From NCBI GenBank assembly GCA_041666485.1, contig JBAYGW010000001.1:15299-79298 (forward strand): a stretch of 64,000 bases of DNA, in the 5' to 3' direction. This DNA is from Patescibacteria group bacterium. Its GTDB lineage: Bacteria; Patescibacteriota; Patescibacteriia; UM-FILTER-42-10. The first letter of the stretch is position 1, and every line of letters starts with the position of its first letter. The translations under genes and the position numbers were made by a program. Below are positions 1 to 9,392 of this stretch, piece after piece. The notes under the pieces were generated by a model. The model was not told the origin of the DNA. It worked only from the letters and a program-made list of their open reading frames with translations, and did no database searches.

Positions 1-1
1 C

Positions 2-172
2 GGAGCCCCGGATTTTAAAGTAGGCGATTATCGGGAATTTAAAAATAAATATTTGATGTCAAACAGTAATTTTACGCTTATGCAACGAACGGATTATGAA
101 ATGATTGAACTAAAAGGGATTGACGTACTGGTATATTTTCCGAGCAAATTATTTGATGAAAGAAAAAAATAA
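2..172 (+). CDS. 3' end of an unidentified protein-coding gene, truncated by the window edge
   Basis: Frame 2 is open from the window start to TAA at 170-172 (..GAPDFKVGDYREFKNKYLMSNSNFTLMQRTDYEMIELKGIDVLVYFPSKLFDERKK*). No family recognised. Confidence 0.3.
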   Translation, partial: GAPDFKVGDYREFKNKYLMSNSNFTLMQRTDYEMIELKGIDVLVYFPSKLFDERKK

Positions 173-224
173 TATGGAAAAATATTTGGAGGAATTTTTT
201 GCTGAGTGGAGAGGGGAAAAATAA

Positions 225-623
225 GTGCATAGATTAAATTCAAAATTGATTGCTCCCTGCGGTATGAATTGTGGAATCTGTCTGGGGTATTTACGAAAAG
301 ACAATACATGTCATGGTTGCAGGGATATGAACAGGAATAAATATTGCAGGAAATGCATAATCAGAAACTGCGCAATACTTAAAAAGAACAAATGGAAGTT
401 CTGCTCAAGTAAATGCCAAAACTATCCATGCCGGCGGCTGAAAAATCTTGATACAAGGTATAAAACCAGATATGGAATGAGTATGCTTGAAAACCTGCAG
501 TTTATCCGAGAGCAGGGGATTAGAAAATTTGTAGCAAATGAGCAAATACGTTGGACATGTAAAAAATGCCATGAAGTTGTATGTGTTCACCGCCCGGCTT
601 GCTTAAATTGCGGAAAAAAATAA
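225..623 (+). CDS. Small cysteine-rich protein, DUF3795-like (multiple CxxC pairs)
   Basis: GTG start. 132 aa with about 20 Cys arranged CGMNCGIC, CHGC, CRKC, CSSKC, CKKC and CLNC. The pattern resembles the DUF3795 family, recalled from memory. Confidence 0.5.
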   Translation: MHRLNSKLIAPCGMNCGICLGYLRKDNTCHGCRDMNRNKYCRKCIIRNCAILKKNKWKFCSSKCQNYPCRRLKNLDTRYKTRYGMSMLENLQFIREQGIRKFVANEQIRWTCKKCHEVVCVHRPACLNCGKK

Positions 624-637
624 GTAAATAAAAAAAT

Positions 638-2056
638 ATGAATAAAAATAGTGGAAAAGCGGGGCTCCTAAATCATTATTTTATGCCAGATGATGTAAGA
701 CTATTTGACTACAATCAAATATTTTCTGTTTCTTCTATGTGGGTTGAATTAGGTATGAAAGATACAATCGCGACATATGATTTGATGGTTCGCGGACTGC
801 CGGAAAATAGAAATTTTCTGCTGTTCGGCGGATTGGAGGAAATTCTAGAAAATATTGTCAATTGGAAATATACGAAATCTGAAGTTGATTTTTTATTGAA
901 AATAAAAAGTATAACGCCGAAAATGGCGAAGCTGATGCGAAACTTCAAATTTAATGGTGACATTTATGCTATGAAAGAGGGGACGGTGTTTTTTTCTAAT
1001 GAGCCGGTCGTTCGCCTTGACGGCCCAATCTGGCAGATTAATTTATTTACTTTCTTTTTAATAAACGCACTTACGTCCAACACAATCTTTCTTTCAAAAA
1101 TTGCTAGAAATGTATTAGCTACCCAAGGGAAATATGATCTTATTGTTTGTTCCTCAACGCGTGCACATTCAAATGAATCTTCCCTGAAATTTGGTAGAGC
1201 AGCCTATTTACTCGGCGGTCCATCCGCACTTATTCCGGCCTTTGCCAGAAAGTTCAATTTGCCTCATGTAAATGTTAGCACAAAGGCTTACCATGCATTT
1301 ATAAAATCATTCCCGTCTGAAATTGAAGCAATGAGGTCGGCGATGCGTATATTTGAAAGACTGGATTTTATGATTGATACGTATGACTATAAGCAAGGTG
1401 TTAAAAATGTAATTACTGTTGCCAGGGAATTAAAAAAACAGAAGAAAGGTCATGTTATTGGAAATGTTTGCATAGACAGCGGTAAAGATGCTTACGATTT
1501 TTTGAAACAATCAAAATATGTAAGAAATGAATTGGATAAATCCGGCTTTACTAAAATAGGGATAACCGTTGCCGGTAATTTTGAGGAGAAGAAAATAGCA
1601 ATATTAGCAAAAAATAACGCACCTATCTCAAGTATTCTGGCTTGCACAGAATTAGTAACATCGGCAGATGCTCCGAAACTTGAGTCGGTCCTGAAACTAG
1701 CAGAAAGACGGGATGGGAAAAAGATAGCGTACAGTGCAAAATTGGCTCCAGGAAAAGAAAGTTATCCGGGGAGGAAGCAGGTTTTTAGATTATTCAAAAA
1801 TGGTAGAATGGTTAAAGATACGATTGCTCATGAAAAAGAAAGGTTTGGCACGCCACTACTTCAAAAAGTAGTAAGCAAAGGAAGATTGGTATATAAACTG
1901 CCGAACCTTGATAGTATTAAACGGCATATTACGAAACAAATTAATTCATTACCAAATAAATTGAAAGATGTAAATAAGAAACACGAATATCCTGTGTCAG
2001 TCAGTCCGAAGCTTGAAAAAATTATGAATACACTAAGAAGAATACATAAGAATTGA
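638..2056 (+). CDS. Nicotinate phosphoribosyltransferase-family protein (divergent PncB-like)
   Basis: Carries the NAPRTase landmarks FMIDTYD and EIEAMRS and the N-terminal NAPRT_N-like segment ([24 protein letters not shown]). The canonical GTRR and TSN..GT.AH catalytic motifs are degenerate here (STRAH, STKAYH). Confidence 0.55.
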   Translation: MNKNSGKAGLLNHYFMPDDVRLFDYNQIFSVSSMWVELGMKDTIATYDLMVRGLPENRNFLLFGGLEEILENIVNWKYTKSEVDFLLKIKSITPKMAKLMRNFKFNGDIYAMKEGTVFFSNEPVVRLDGPIWQINLFTFFLINALTSNTIFLSKIARNVLATQGKYDLIVCSSTRAHSNESSLKFGRAAYLLGGPSALIPAFARKFNLPHVNVSTKAYHAFIKSFPSEIEAMRSAMRIFERLDFMIDTYDYKQGVKNVITVARELKKQKKGHVIGNVCIDSGKDAYDFLKQSKYVRNELDKSGFTKIGITVAGNFEEKKIAILAKNNAPISSILACTELVTSADAPKLESVLKLAERRDGKKIAYSAKLAPGKESYPGRKQVFRLFKNGRMVKDTIAHEKERFGTPLLQKVVSKGRLVYKLPNLDSIKRHITKQINSLPNKLKDVNKKHEYPVSVSPKLEKIMNTLRRIHKN

Positions 2057-2076
2057 TAATTAAATTTAATACGAAT

Positions 2077-2460
2077 ATGTTACAAGAATTCAAAAAATTT
2101 GCGCTAAAGGGCAATGTCATGGATATGGCAGTCGGTGTCATCATCGGTGCCGCCTTTGGTAAGATTGTCAGCTCATTTGTATCGGACGTCATAATGCCAC
2201 CGATCGGTGTTTTAACCGGTGGTGTAAATTTTGACGGACTATTTATTACATTAAAAAAGGCAACCGATACCACCGCAGCTGTCAATCTGAATTACGGATT
2301 ATTTATCAATGCAATCATTGATTTCCTAATAATTGCTTTTGTAATATTTCTTGCTGTTAAACAGATTAATAAATTGAGGAAAAAGGAAGCAGAAAAACCC
2401 GTTGCTCCGTCCGAGGAAATTTTACTGCTGCGGGAAATTAGAGATTCATTAAAAAAATAG
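2077..2460 (+). CDS. mscL: Large-conductance mechanosensitive channel MscL
   Basis: [44 protein letters not shown] is near-identical in pattern to E. coli MscL TM1 ([40 protein letters not shown]). The ORF track starts 24 nt upstream at 2053; the ATG at 2077 matches the family N-terminus. Confidence 0.9.
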   Translation: MLQEFKKFALKGNVMDMAVGVIIGAAFGKIVSSFVSDVIMPPIGVLTGGVNFDGLFITLKKATDTTAAVNLNYGLFINAIIDFLIIAFVIFLAVKQINKLRKKEAEKPVAPSEEILLLREIRDSLKK

Positions 2461-2492
2461 GTTAAGCATTTAATTATTTTAACCTTGCGTAT

Positions 2493-2606
2493 ATGAGCGA
2501 TATATATTCAATATTAGGTTGGGGATCACCGGTTGGAACTGGTCTATTCTTGGTTTTTTTAGGACTATTTATCTTCTTACTGGCGCACTCCGACCGTAAA
2601 AAGTAA
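2493..2606 (+). CDS. Possible 37-aa hydrophobic micro-protein (MSDIYSILGWGSPVGTGLFLVFLGLFIFLLAHSDRKK)
   Basis: ATG-initiated small ORF directly after mscL, absent from the ORF track because of its length. It has a single predicted TM helix and no homology evidence. Confidence 0.15.
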   Translation: MSDIYSILGWGSPVGTGLFLVFLGLFIFLLAHSDRKK

Positions 2607-2647
2607 ATGGCTAGTATTAGCCACGACTTGCCAAAATTAGAAAAAAA

Positions 2648-3958
2648 ATGTATACTATAGTTACTAAAATAACAAATATGCTATTTTGGCTTAAAACAAA
2701 AACAGAGAATAAAAACCTGCAAATGATCGGATTGGCGTTGTTTGTCGCCAGTTTTTTGTTTATTCCGAAAATTGCGCATCTGGATGACAGTCAAACAGTA
2801 ACGGAAGAAGAAAAACAGCAGATTATTACTGAAACAAATCAGCAAATAAACGAAAAACAGGCTCAAATAGATGAGCTGCAGAAGAAGATAGATCAGTACA
2901 AGGAAAATATCGCAATTAAGCAAAGAGAGCAGGCAACTATTCAAAGTGAGGTATCGCTGATTAGTGATCGGATTGCAAAAAAGGAGGCAGAAGTTGAAGC
3001 AAAACAGGCAACAATTGAAAAACTGGAATTAGAAATAGCCGACCTGCAGAATAGGATAGGGGAGAAGTCTACTGAAATCGGAGGTGAGAAACAGGATCTC
3101 GGAGAAATTATTAGGGAAATGTATGAATATGATCAAAAAACATATTTGGAAGTTGTGATAGCAAATAAGAATTTCTCAGATTATTTCCTGCAGCTGCAGT
3201 ATATTGAGGAGCTTGGTAATAAAACAAAAGATTCGCTTGATACATTGCAGAATCTTAAGGACACCTTAATTCAGCAGAATGCCAGTTTAGATGAAAAAAA
3301 AGCTGATATGGAACTGGAAAGAAACAAGTTGGTTGCTGATCAGCAGGACTTGGAAGGAGAAAAGTCATATCAGGATAATCTGCTGTATCAAACGCAGATG
3401 GATGAAGATAAGTTTCAAAAACTGGTTGATGAAGTAAAAGCTGAACAGAACAAAGCAAATTCCACAATTACGGATCTTGAAAGAGAAATGCGCAACAAGT
3501 TAGAAGGAGAATCTTATGATGGAAGTGGAGCTGACATAATCGCTGGTACTTCTACATTATCATGGCCTGTTGATCCTTCACTTGGTATATCATGTGGTTT
3601 TCATTGTGGCGATTATCCGTTTGCAAGATGGTTTCAGCATAATGCGATTGATATTAGGACACCGCAGGGAACAACACTAAGGGCGGCCGCCTCAGGTTAT
3701 GTTGCAATTGCGAAAGATGCGGGACTAGGTTACAGTTATATATTAATTGTGCATGGGGATGGTCTAGCAACAGTTTATGGCCATGTCAGTAGGATTGATG
3801 TTGCGCCTGACCAGTTTGTCCGTAGGGGAGATGTAATTGGTGCCACGGGAGGAATGCCGGGTATGCCAGGGACAGGAAGTTTTAGTACGGGAGCGCATCT
3901 TCACTTTGAAGTTCGAGTTGACGGTATACCGGACGATCCAATGAAGTTTTTACCATAA
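2648..3958 (+). CDS. M23-family metalloendopeptidase with N-terminal TM anchor and long coiled-coil (EnvC/NlpD-like murein hydrolase)
   Basis: The C-terminus has the HxxxD motif (FQHNAIDIRTP) and the HxH motif (GAHLHFEVRVDG) of peptidase M23. The middle 300 aa are Q/E/K-rich heptad-like coiled-coil. Confidence 0.85.
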   Translation: MYTIVTKITNMLFWLKTKTENKNLQMIGLALFVASFLFIPKIAHLDDSQTVTEEEKQQIITETNQQINEKQAQIDELQKKIDQYKENIAIKQREQATIQSEVSLISDRIAKKEAEVEAKQATIEKLELEIADLQNRIGEKSTEIGGEKQDLGEIIREMYEYDQKTYLEVVIANKNFSDYFLQLQYIEELGNKTKDSLDTLQNLKDTLIQQNASLDEKKADMELERNKLVADQQDLEGEKSYQDNLLYQTQMDEDKFQKLVDEVKAEQNKANSTITDLEREMRNKLEGESYDGSGADIIAGTSTLSWPVDPSLGISCGFHCGDYPFARWFQHNAIDIRTPQGTTLRAAASGYVAIAKDAGLGYSYILIVHGDGLATVYGHVSRIDVAPDQFVRRGDVIGATGGMPGMPGTGSFSTGAHLHFEVRVDGIPDDPMKFLP

Positions 3959-3994
3959 TTTATTTCTTTTTATTTATTGTCTGGCTGTAAATAT

Positions 3995-4028
3995 AAAAAG
4001 GGGACCTAAATGGTCCCTTGTATTTTGA
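3995..4028. terminator. Bidirectional rho-independent terminator between convergent genes
   Basis: Hairpin GGGACC-TAAAT-GGTCCC (4001-4017) extended by A:T and G:U pairs. An A-run lies on the left and a T-run (ttgtatttt) on the right. It sits between the + strand peptidase stop (3958) and the - strand ORF stop (4075). Confidence 0.5.
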
Positions 4029-4074
4029 TATGTGTGGCGTCGTTTAATAAATCTTATAAGACGCCTAAATATAC

Positions 4075-4773
4075 CTATTTTAAATACGGGTCTGATAATG
4101 CCTTATATTTGGATATTTCTTTAACAAATGTATCAAAAGAAAGCAATTCAACATTTATGTTCTTATTTACTTTCAATGTTTTAGTTCTTTCTTCAATTAT
4201 GGAGTTGGATATTTCTTTATTTGAAACAACCAAATATATTTTGTATGGGAAATTCTTATAGGTATTAATCTTGTGAATTATATTATTAGTGAAATGACTT
4301 ATTTCAGTATCTGGAAAAAATACATCAACAGCATATTTGCCATTCTTGTGATAAACAATAAAGTCAACTTTTAATGTCGTATCATCTACTACAACCCGTG
4401 CCTGATTATGGACAAATGGTTCATGGTAATAATCATTAAGAACAACATATACTTCTTGTTCAGCATTGAATCCTCTATCCCATAGTATCTTTGATTTTCT
4501 GCTTCTAGTTGCACCTTTTGTATAATTCGTTTCAGTTAAACCAAGCTCTTTTCTAATGTTTGTTATTCCACCAAATTTCCTTTCCAGGGTTTTAACAGTA
4601 GGAAGATAAGTGCAGTTTTTCATATCTGATGCGACTGGCCATCTATTATTTTCTTTATAATATTGTCTGAAGCCAGATAAAATATTATCAATATTCCAGG
4701 ATACATGAAACTTATCATATCCATTTGGTATATTGATTAATCCATTTTCTTGTTTATAGTACTTTGGATGCAT
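4075..4773 (-). CDS. Hypothetical protein with homing-endonuclease-associated-repeat-like N-terminus and nuclease-like C-terminal half
   Basis: 232 aa. The N-terminal segment W-x3-I-x4-F-x-QYYKEN-RWP-x11-YLP-x5-LERKFGG-x5-RKELGL fits the HEAR-type motif of endonuclease-associated modules. The C-terminal half (EQEVYVVLND..VDFIVYHKNGKYAVDVFFPDTE) could be a PD-(D/E)xK-like core. The start is 3 nt from the ftsQ stop. The DNA is more AT-rich than the flanks. Confidence 0.5.
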   Translation of the reverse strand: MHPKYYKQENGLINIPNGYDKFHVSWNIDNILSGFRQYYKENNRWPVASDMKNCTYLPTVKTLERKFGGITNIRKELGLTETNYTKGATRSRKSKILWDRGFNAEQEVYVVLNDYYHEPFVHNQARVVVDDTTLKVDFIVYHKNGKYAVDVFFPDTEISHFTNNIIHKINTYKNFPYKIYLVVSNKEISNSIIEERTKTLKVNKNINVELLSFDTFVKEISKYKALSDPYLK

Positions 4774-4775
4774 AC

Positions 4776-5831
4776 CTATTCCATCACATAGACCTTTTCA
4801 CCGAATCTGAGATCAATATAATCTATATTCTCTCTTGCTGCCTGATCCGGCGCTTTTTTTTGTAAATATATTTTTAATCTTTCCAGCTGGGTTGCAATAT
4901 CATCATTTACGGTAAAATATGCTTTCCAGCCTTCAGTGGTTAAAACCGCTATATCTTGTACCGCCTTTACTAAATCACATTCAATTGAGCTATTGACGTT
5001 GCTATTGGCAGGATCAGACCTGTTTACATTCTGATTAGAACGATTGGTGTTAAGCGTGGCTTTGTTTATATTGCTATTAGACGAATTAATATTACTATTC
5101 AGGTCATCTGTATCATCTTTTTCCTCTTTTGTACTACAAGTTGTCTCCGGAATCAAAAACCTTTCAATCTCAACATTTGTTTTATCCTTGAAACGATCCT
5201 TGATAATAATTACCGCATTGACCAGTTCAGGTGATATGATTTGGTCCTTTAATTTGATTATTCGTTTATTCAGATCTTCAATTTTTGGAAAATACGCCCT
5301 CACTTCCGCTTCCGGTACTACATGTGTTACTACCCCCTGAAGATCCATATAATAAAACGCTCTTTCAGTTATGAGTGTCAGGTTGGGAATTTTTTCCTTA
5401 AGCCGGACGATTAATTTATTTGGAAATCTTTTTGTGATTGTAATCTCGTCCAGAACAAATGCGTCCCACAGTTTCTGCTGAGCCTCATCAACATCGTAAA
5501 TGAAAAAATTACTCTGTTTAAAAACCAGAAATCTATGCTCACTAAATGACTTATTAACTTCGTTGCTAATCGTTTCGTAAGTCAGCTCCTGATTGCCGGT
5601 AACATCAATAACCCTGATCGTAAAATAGGCTGAATAAAAAAAGAAATAGATTAATCCCCCGATGACAAGCAATAATGCTATTATCCTGGGTCGGGTTATG
5701 AGTCGCAAAACACTGACCTGCTGTTTCTTTTTTTTGAAATAAGGATTTTCATAAACCGGTTTGTTTACGACTTTGATTTCCCTTTTGCGGAAACCCCGGG
5801 CTCTTTTTAATTTCAGTCTATTACGGAACAT
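4776..5831 (-). CDS. ftsQ: Cell division protein FtsQ/DivIB (POTRA + beta domain) with internal N/S-rich low-complexity insert
   Basis: Basic N-terminus, a single TM (IIALLLVIGGLIYFFFYSAYF), and POTRA-like VIDVTGNQELTYETISNEV..FLVFKQSNFFIY. It lies immediately downstream of ddl, the canonical order. Confidence 0.75.
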   Translation of the reverse strand: MFRNRLKLKRARGFRKREIKVVNKPVYENPYFKKKKQQVSVLRLITRPRIIALLLVIGGLIYFFFYSAYFTIRVIDVTGNQELTYETISNEVNKSFSEHRFLVFKQSNFFIYDVDEAQQKLWDAFVLDEITITKRFPNKLIVRLKEKIPNLTLITERAFYYMDLQGVVTHVVPEAEVRAYFPKIEDLNKRIIKLKDQIISPELVNAVIIIKDRFKDKTNVEIERFLIPETTCSTKEEKDDTDDLNSNINSSNSNINKATLNTNRSNQNVNRSDPANSNVNSSIECDLVKAVQDIAVLTTEGWKAYFTVNDDIATQLERLKIYLQKKAPDQAARENIDYIDLRFGEKVYVME

Positions 5832-5833
5832 TA

Positions 5834-6976
5834 TTATTTGTTTTCTTTATACCAATCTTTTTTTGGTTTATAGGATGTTAACGATTGTCGGGAATCCTTA
5901 AACCTTTCCAGTGCCAGTTGAATCAGTTTATCAATCAGTTTCTGATACGAAATACCGGATGCTGCCCATAATTTGGGATACATGCTGATTGAGGTAAATC
6001 CGGGGATCGTATTCACTTCGTTTAAATAGATTTTTCCAGTTTTTTTATCAATCAGGAAATCAACCCGTGCCATACCGGCACAGTCCAGAGTTTGATAAGC
6101 CTTGATTGCCATTTTTTTAATACTATCCGCTGTCTTCTTGGAAAGTTTTGCAGGGATGATGGATCTGGATTTATCGTCAACATACTTGGCATCGTAATCG
6201 TAGAATTCATTACTGGGAATTATTTCACCCGGAACAGATGCTTGCGGGTCATTATTCCCTAATACGCTCACCTCTATTTCTCTCGGTTTTTTAAGACCCT
6301 GCTCAATCAATAGCTTTCTATCATACCGTGAGGCCTCTAAAATTGACGATACAAGGCCTTTTTGATCGTTTGCGAGCCCTATTCCCACAGAAGAGCCCAG
6401 ATTAGCAGGTTTTACAAATATCGGGTATTTGAGGGTTTTACGGATTGCTGAAATAAGCTTGTTTTGACTCGCTGCCCATTCTGTTCTAAGGAAACTGACA
6501 TACGGCAGAACCGGCAGTCCGGCCTGCATAAATAACTGCTTGGACACTACCTTGTCCATCGCAACTGATGATGCTAAAACGCCGGCGCCGACATACGGGA
6601 TATTTGCCAATTCCAACAGTCCCTGCAGTGTTCCATCCTCGCCGTACGGCCCGTGAATTATCGGGATGATAACATCCAATCCTAATACACTTTCCTTTGC
6701 ACCAGATTTAGACATCTGTACCAGTCCCTGTTTGGTGGAATCCGGAGTCACCATTTTTTCAAATTTAGGCAGAATTTTTTTTGTCCCGGCTTTTAGTGTT
6801 GCAAACGCAGTCGTGCCGGCGATCCATTTTCCGGCTTTAGTTATGCCTATCGGGATAATTTCGAATTTCTTTCGGTTAAGGGAGTTTATAATACTTTCAG
6901 CAGATACTATTGATACTTCATGTTCTCCGGATCTTCCGCCGAAGATCACCCCTACTCTAATTTTTCTCTGGCTCAT
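5834..6976 (-). CDS. ddl: D-alanine--D-alanine ligase
   Basis: N-terminus KIRVGVIFGGRSGEHEVSIVSA and an ATP-grasp C-terminus (LNEVNTIPGFTSISMYPKLW), consistent with Ddl. Confidence 0.9.
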   Translation of the reverse strand: MSQRKIRVGVIFGGRSGEHEVSIVSAESIINSLNRKKFEIIPIGITKAGKWIAGTTAFATLKAGTKKILPKFEKMVTPDSTKQGLVQMSKSGAKESVLGLDVIIPIIHGPYGEDGTLQGLLELANIPYVGAGVLASSVAMDKVVSKQLFMQAGLPVLPYVSFLRTEWAASQNKLISAIRKTLKYPIFVKPANLGSSVGIGLANDQKGLVSSILEASRYDRKLLIEQGLKKPREIEVSVLGNNDPQASVPGEIIPSNEFYDYDAKYVDDKSRSIIPAKLSKKTADSIKKMAIKAYQTLDCAGMARVDFLIDKKTGKIYLNEVNTIPGFTSISMYPKLWAASGISYQKLIDKLIQLALERFKDSRQSLTSYKPKKDWYKENK

Positions 6977-6994
6977 TTTAAGCGTCGTAAAATA

Positions 6995-8134
6995 TTAAAT
7001 GACTATTCTAGGAATTTGAGAATTTATCCTTGTAACGACCTCATAATTAATTGATTTGGTATCCGAAGCAATCTGGTCGGCAGTTATTTCCTGCTTGCCT
7101 TGTCGGCCAATTATCACAACTTCATCCCCTACCTCCGCTGAGTCCGCTGCAGATACATCAATGATGGTCAGATTCATACACACCTTGCCGATTACCGGGC
7201 ATTTTCTGCCACCAACTAGCACAATACCCTTATTGGAAAGCTGTCGGCTATAACCTTCATTATAACCGATCGGCAAAATCGCAATTACCGAATCCTTTTT
7301 TAATTTATATGAGCATCCGTAGCCGATCAGTGATCCTTTGGGCAGATGCTTAATTTGTATTATTTTAGTTTTCCAGGATAAAACCGGCTGTAACTCAAAA
7401 TCAGGAAATTTTTTATGCACCGTAATTTCATTATTTTCCGAAGGCCATAAACCGTAAACAGCTATACCCACGCGAACCATGTTGAAATGAGTATTGGCGG
7501 AGACAAGTGTTGCCGCACTACACGCGGCATGCGGTATGGAAATTTTTATCCCCATCCTTTGGAGCGAAAACAGCAAATTACGGAACTTTTCTATTTGTGA
7601 ATTTGTGAAAGTCCAGTCATTATTTTCCGAATCAGCAAAATGAGTAAAGACGCCGATGATTTTAATCATGTTCAATTTTGAACACTTTTCAATAAAATCA
7701 GTTGCCTCATCTGCCAGTATGCCGAGCCTAGATGTCCCTGTGTCAATTTTAATGTGAATTTTAGCAATAATATTCAAACTACCCGCTAATGCTGAAATTT
7801 CTTCTGCTGTTTCAAAGTCATAAACCACCAAATCAACATTCTGTTCAATTAGTTCTTTAATCTGCCCTTTTTCATAATAGCTCAAGACAAGGATTGGAGT
7901 ATTTAATGATTTACTCCTTAGCAGTAATGCCTCGGTTCCATTTACAACCCCTAAATAATCAACACCTGCTTCTGACAATATGTTAGCGACCTCAACAATG
8001 CCGTGTCCGTAGGCATTGCTTTTTATAATCGGCATCAATAGAACATTCGGTCCTGTCAGCTCTTTGAATTGGGCAAGATTGTGTTTAAGCGCTTGTGAAT
8101 CAATTTCTATCCATGTAAGATTTTCAGACATCAT
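6995..8134 (-). CDS. alr: Alanine racemase
   Basis: PLP-lysine motif PIIKSNAYGHG, with a TIM-barrel plus C-terminal beta domain. Confidence 0.9.
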   Translation of the reverse strand: MMSENLTWIEIDSQALKHNLAQFKELTGPNVLLMPIIKSNAYGHGIVEVANILSEAGVDYLGVVNGTEALLLRSKSLNTPILVLSYYEKGQIKELIEQNVDLVVYDFETAEEISALAGSLNIIAKIHIKIDTGTSRLGILADEATDFIEKCSKLNMIKIIGVFTHFADSENNDWTFTNSQIEKFRNLLFSLQRMGIKISIPHAACSAATLVSANTHFNMVRVGIAVYGLWPSENNEITVHKKFPDFELQPVLSWKTKIIQIKHLPKGSLIGYGCSYKLKKDSVIAILPIGYNEGYSRQLSNKGIVLVGGRKCPVIGKVCMNLTIIDVSAADSAEVGDEVVIIGRQGKQEITADQIASDTKSINYEVVTRINSQIPRIVI

Positions 8135-9388
8135 TTATTTTTGTTTTATTAATTCCAAACCGCCCAAATACGGCTGCAATTTCTCGGGTACCGCTACACT
8201 GCCGTCGGCCTGTTGGTTTTGCTCCAGAATTGCCGGAAATATTCTACTGGTAGCCAAGCCAGATGCATTCAGTGTGTGTACAAATATACTTTTAGCATCC
8301 TTACCTTTGTATCGGATATTTCCGCGTCGCGCCTGATAATCTAATGCATTGGAAATACTGGAAACTTCTTTATAGGTATTCATACTAGGAATCCAAACTT
8401 CAATATCAACCGTTTTAGCCATGGCGCTTGAAGTATCGCCCGCCGCCAGTTGTACAGTATTATAATGCAGGTTCAGACCCTCAACAAGTTCCTGCGCGTT
8501 TTTAACCAGCTCTTCAAACGACTGCCAGGAGTCTTCCGGTTTCGTGAGATGAAACATTTCAATTTTATTGAACTGATGGCCACGTATCATTCCACGCTCC
8601 TCTGTGCGATATGCGCCCGCCTCCTTTCTAAAGCATGTTGAAAAGGCAAAATACTTTAGCGGCAATTTACTGACATCCAAAACTTCGCCGGCATGGTAAT
8701 TACCCATCATCATTTCACTGGTTGCATTCAAGCAGAGTTTATCATCATCAGTCCAGTAGAGATCATCTTTAAATTTCGGCAGATGACCGGAAATATAAGC
8801 TGAGTTCTGATTTAAAAGGTACGGCGGAATCATGAATTGGTAATCAGGATGTGCTCTATGATAGTCTATAAAGTAATTTAATAGCGCCCATTCAAGTAAA
8901 GCGCCGGTACCGGTATACGCCCAAAACCCTGATCCGGACATTTTGGCTGACCGTTTGTAGTCTATCAGACCTAAATTAGTTGCGATTGCTACGTGGTCCT
9001 TCGGCTTGAAATCAAATTTCGGTTTTTCAGCGAAAGTGCCGATAATTTTATTATTTTCTTTTCCGCCCGCGACTACGTCTTCGGCGGGAATATTCGGAAG
9101 CGCGCCAATTAATGAATTATAGTCAGATTCTAACTGTTCAAGTTTTAAATCCAGCTGCTTGATTTCTAAACCGGTTACCTTCATCAGCTTTACCGTGTTC
9201 TGATCCGGTTTTGTTTTGGACGCCTTGTTTCTTTTGGCCTGCAGTTCCTCCTTTTTGGTCAAAATTGTCCGACGTTCCACATCAAGTTTAATAATTTTAT
9301 CTAAATCAAAATCTTTTTTCTCCAGACGTTTGAGCAAAGCTTTTTCAACTTCTTTTTTATTTTCAGTTATATATTTAATGTCCAGCAT
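8135..9388 (-). CDS. serS: Seryl-tRNA synthetase
   Basis: N-terminal coiled-coil arm (MLDIKYITENKKEVEKAL..) followed by a class II core (RTEERGMIRGHQFNKIEMF..). Confidence 0.9.
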   Translation of the reverse strand: MLDIKYITENKKEVEKALLKRLEKKDFDLDKIIKLDVERRTILTKKEELQAKRNKASKTKPDQNTVKLMKVTGLEIKQLDLKLEQLESDYNSLIGALPNIPAEDVVAGGKENNKIIGTFAEKPKFDFKPKDHVAIATNLGLIDYKRSAKMSGSGFWAYTGTGALLEWALLNYFIDYHRAHPDYQFMIPPYLLNQNSAYISGHLPKFKDDLYWTDDDKLCLNATSEMMMGNYHAGEVLDVSKLPLKYFAFSTCFRKEAGAYRTEERGMIRGHQFNKIEMFHLTKPEDSWQSFEELVKNAQELVEGLNLHYNTVQLAAGDTSSAMAKTVDIEVWIPSMNTYKEVSSISNALDYQARRGNIRYKGKDAKSIFVHTLNASGLATSRIFPAILEQNQQADGSVAVPEKLQPYLGGLELIKQK

Positions 9389-9392
9389 ATAT

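Noticed and set aside
94-309. 71-aa minus-strand ORF at the window start
   Set aside because: It overlaps both the 3' end of the truncated plus-strand gene and the DUF3795 start. It has no signal or family support.
6666-6998. 110-aa plus-strand ORF
   Set aside because: It lies entirely antisense within ddl, which is strongly supported. It is a shadow ORF typical of AT-rich coding DNA.
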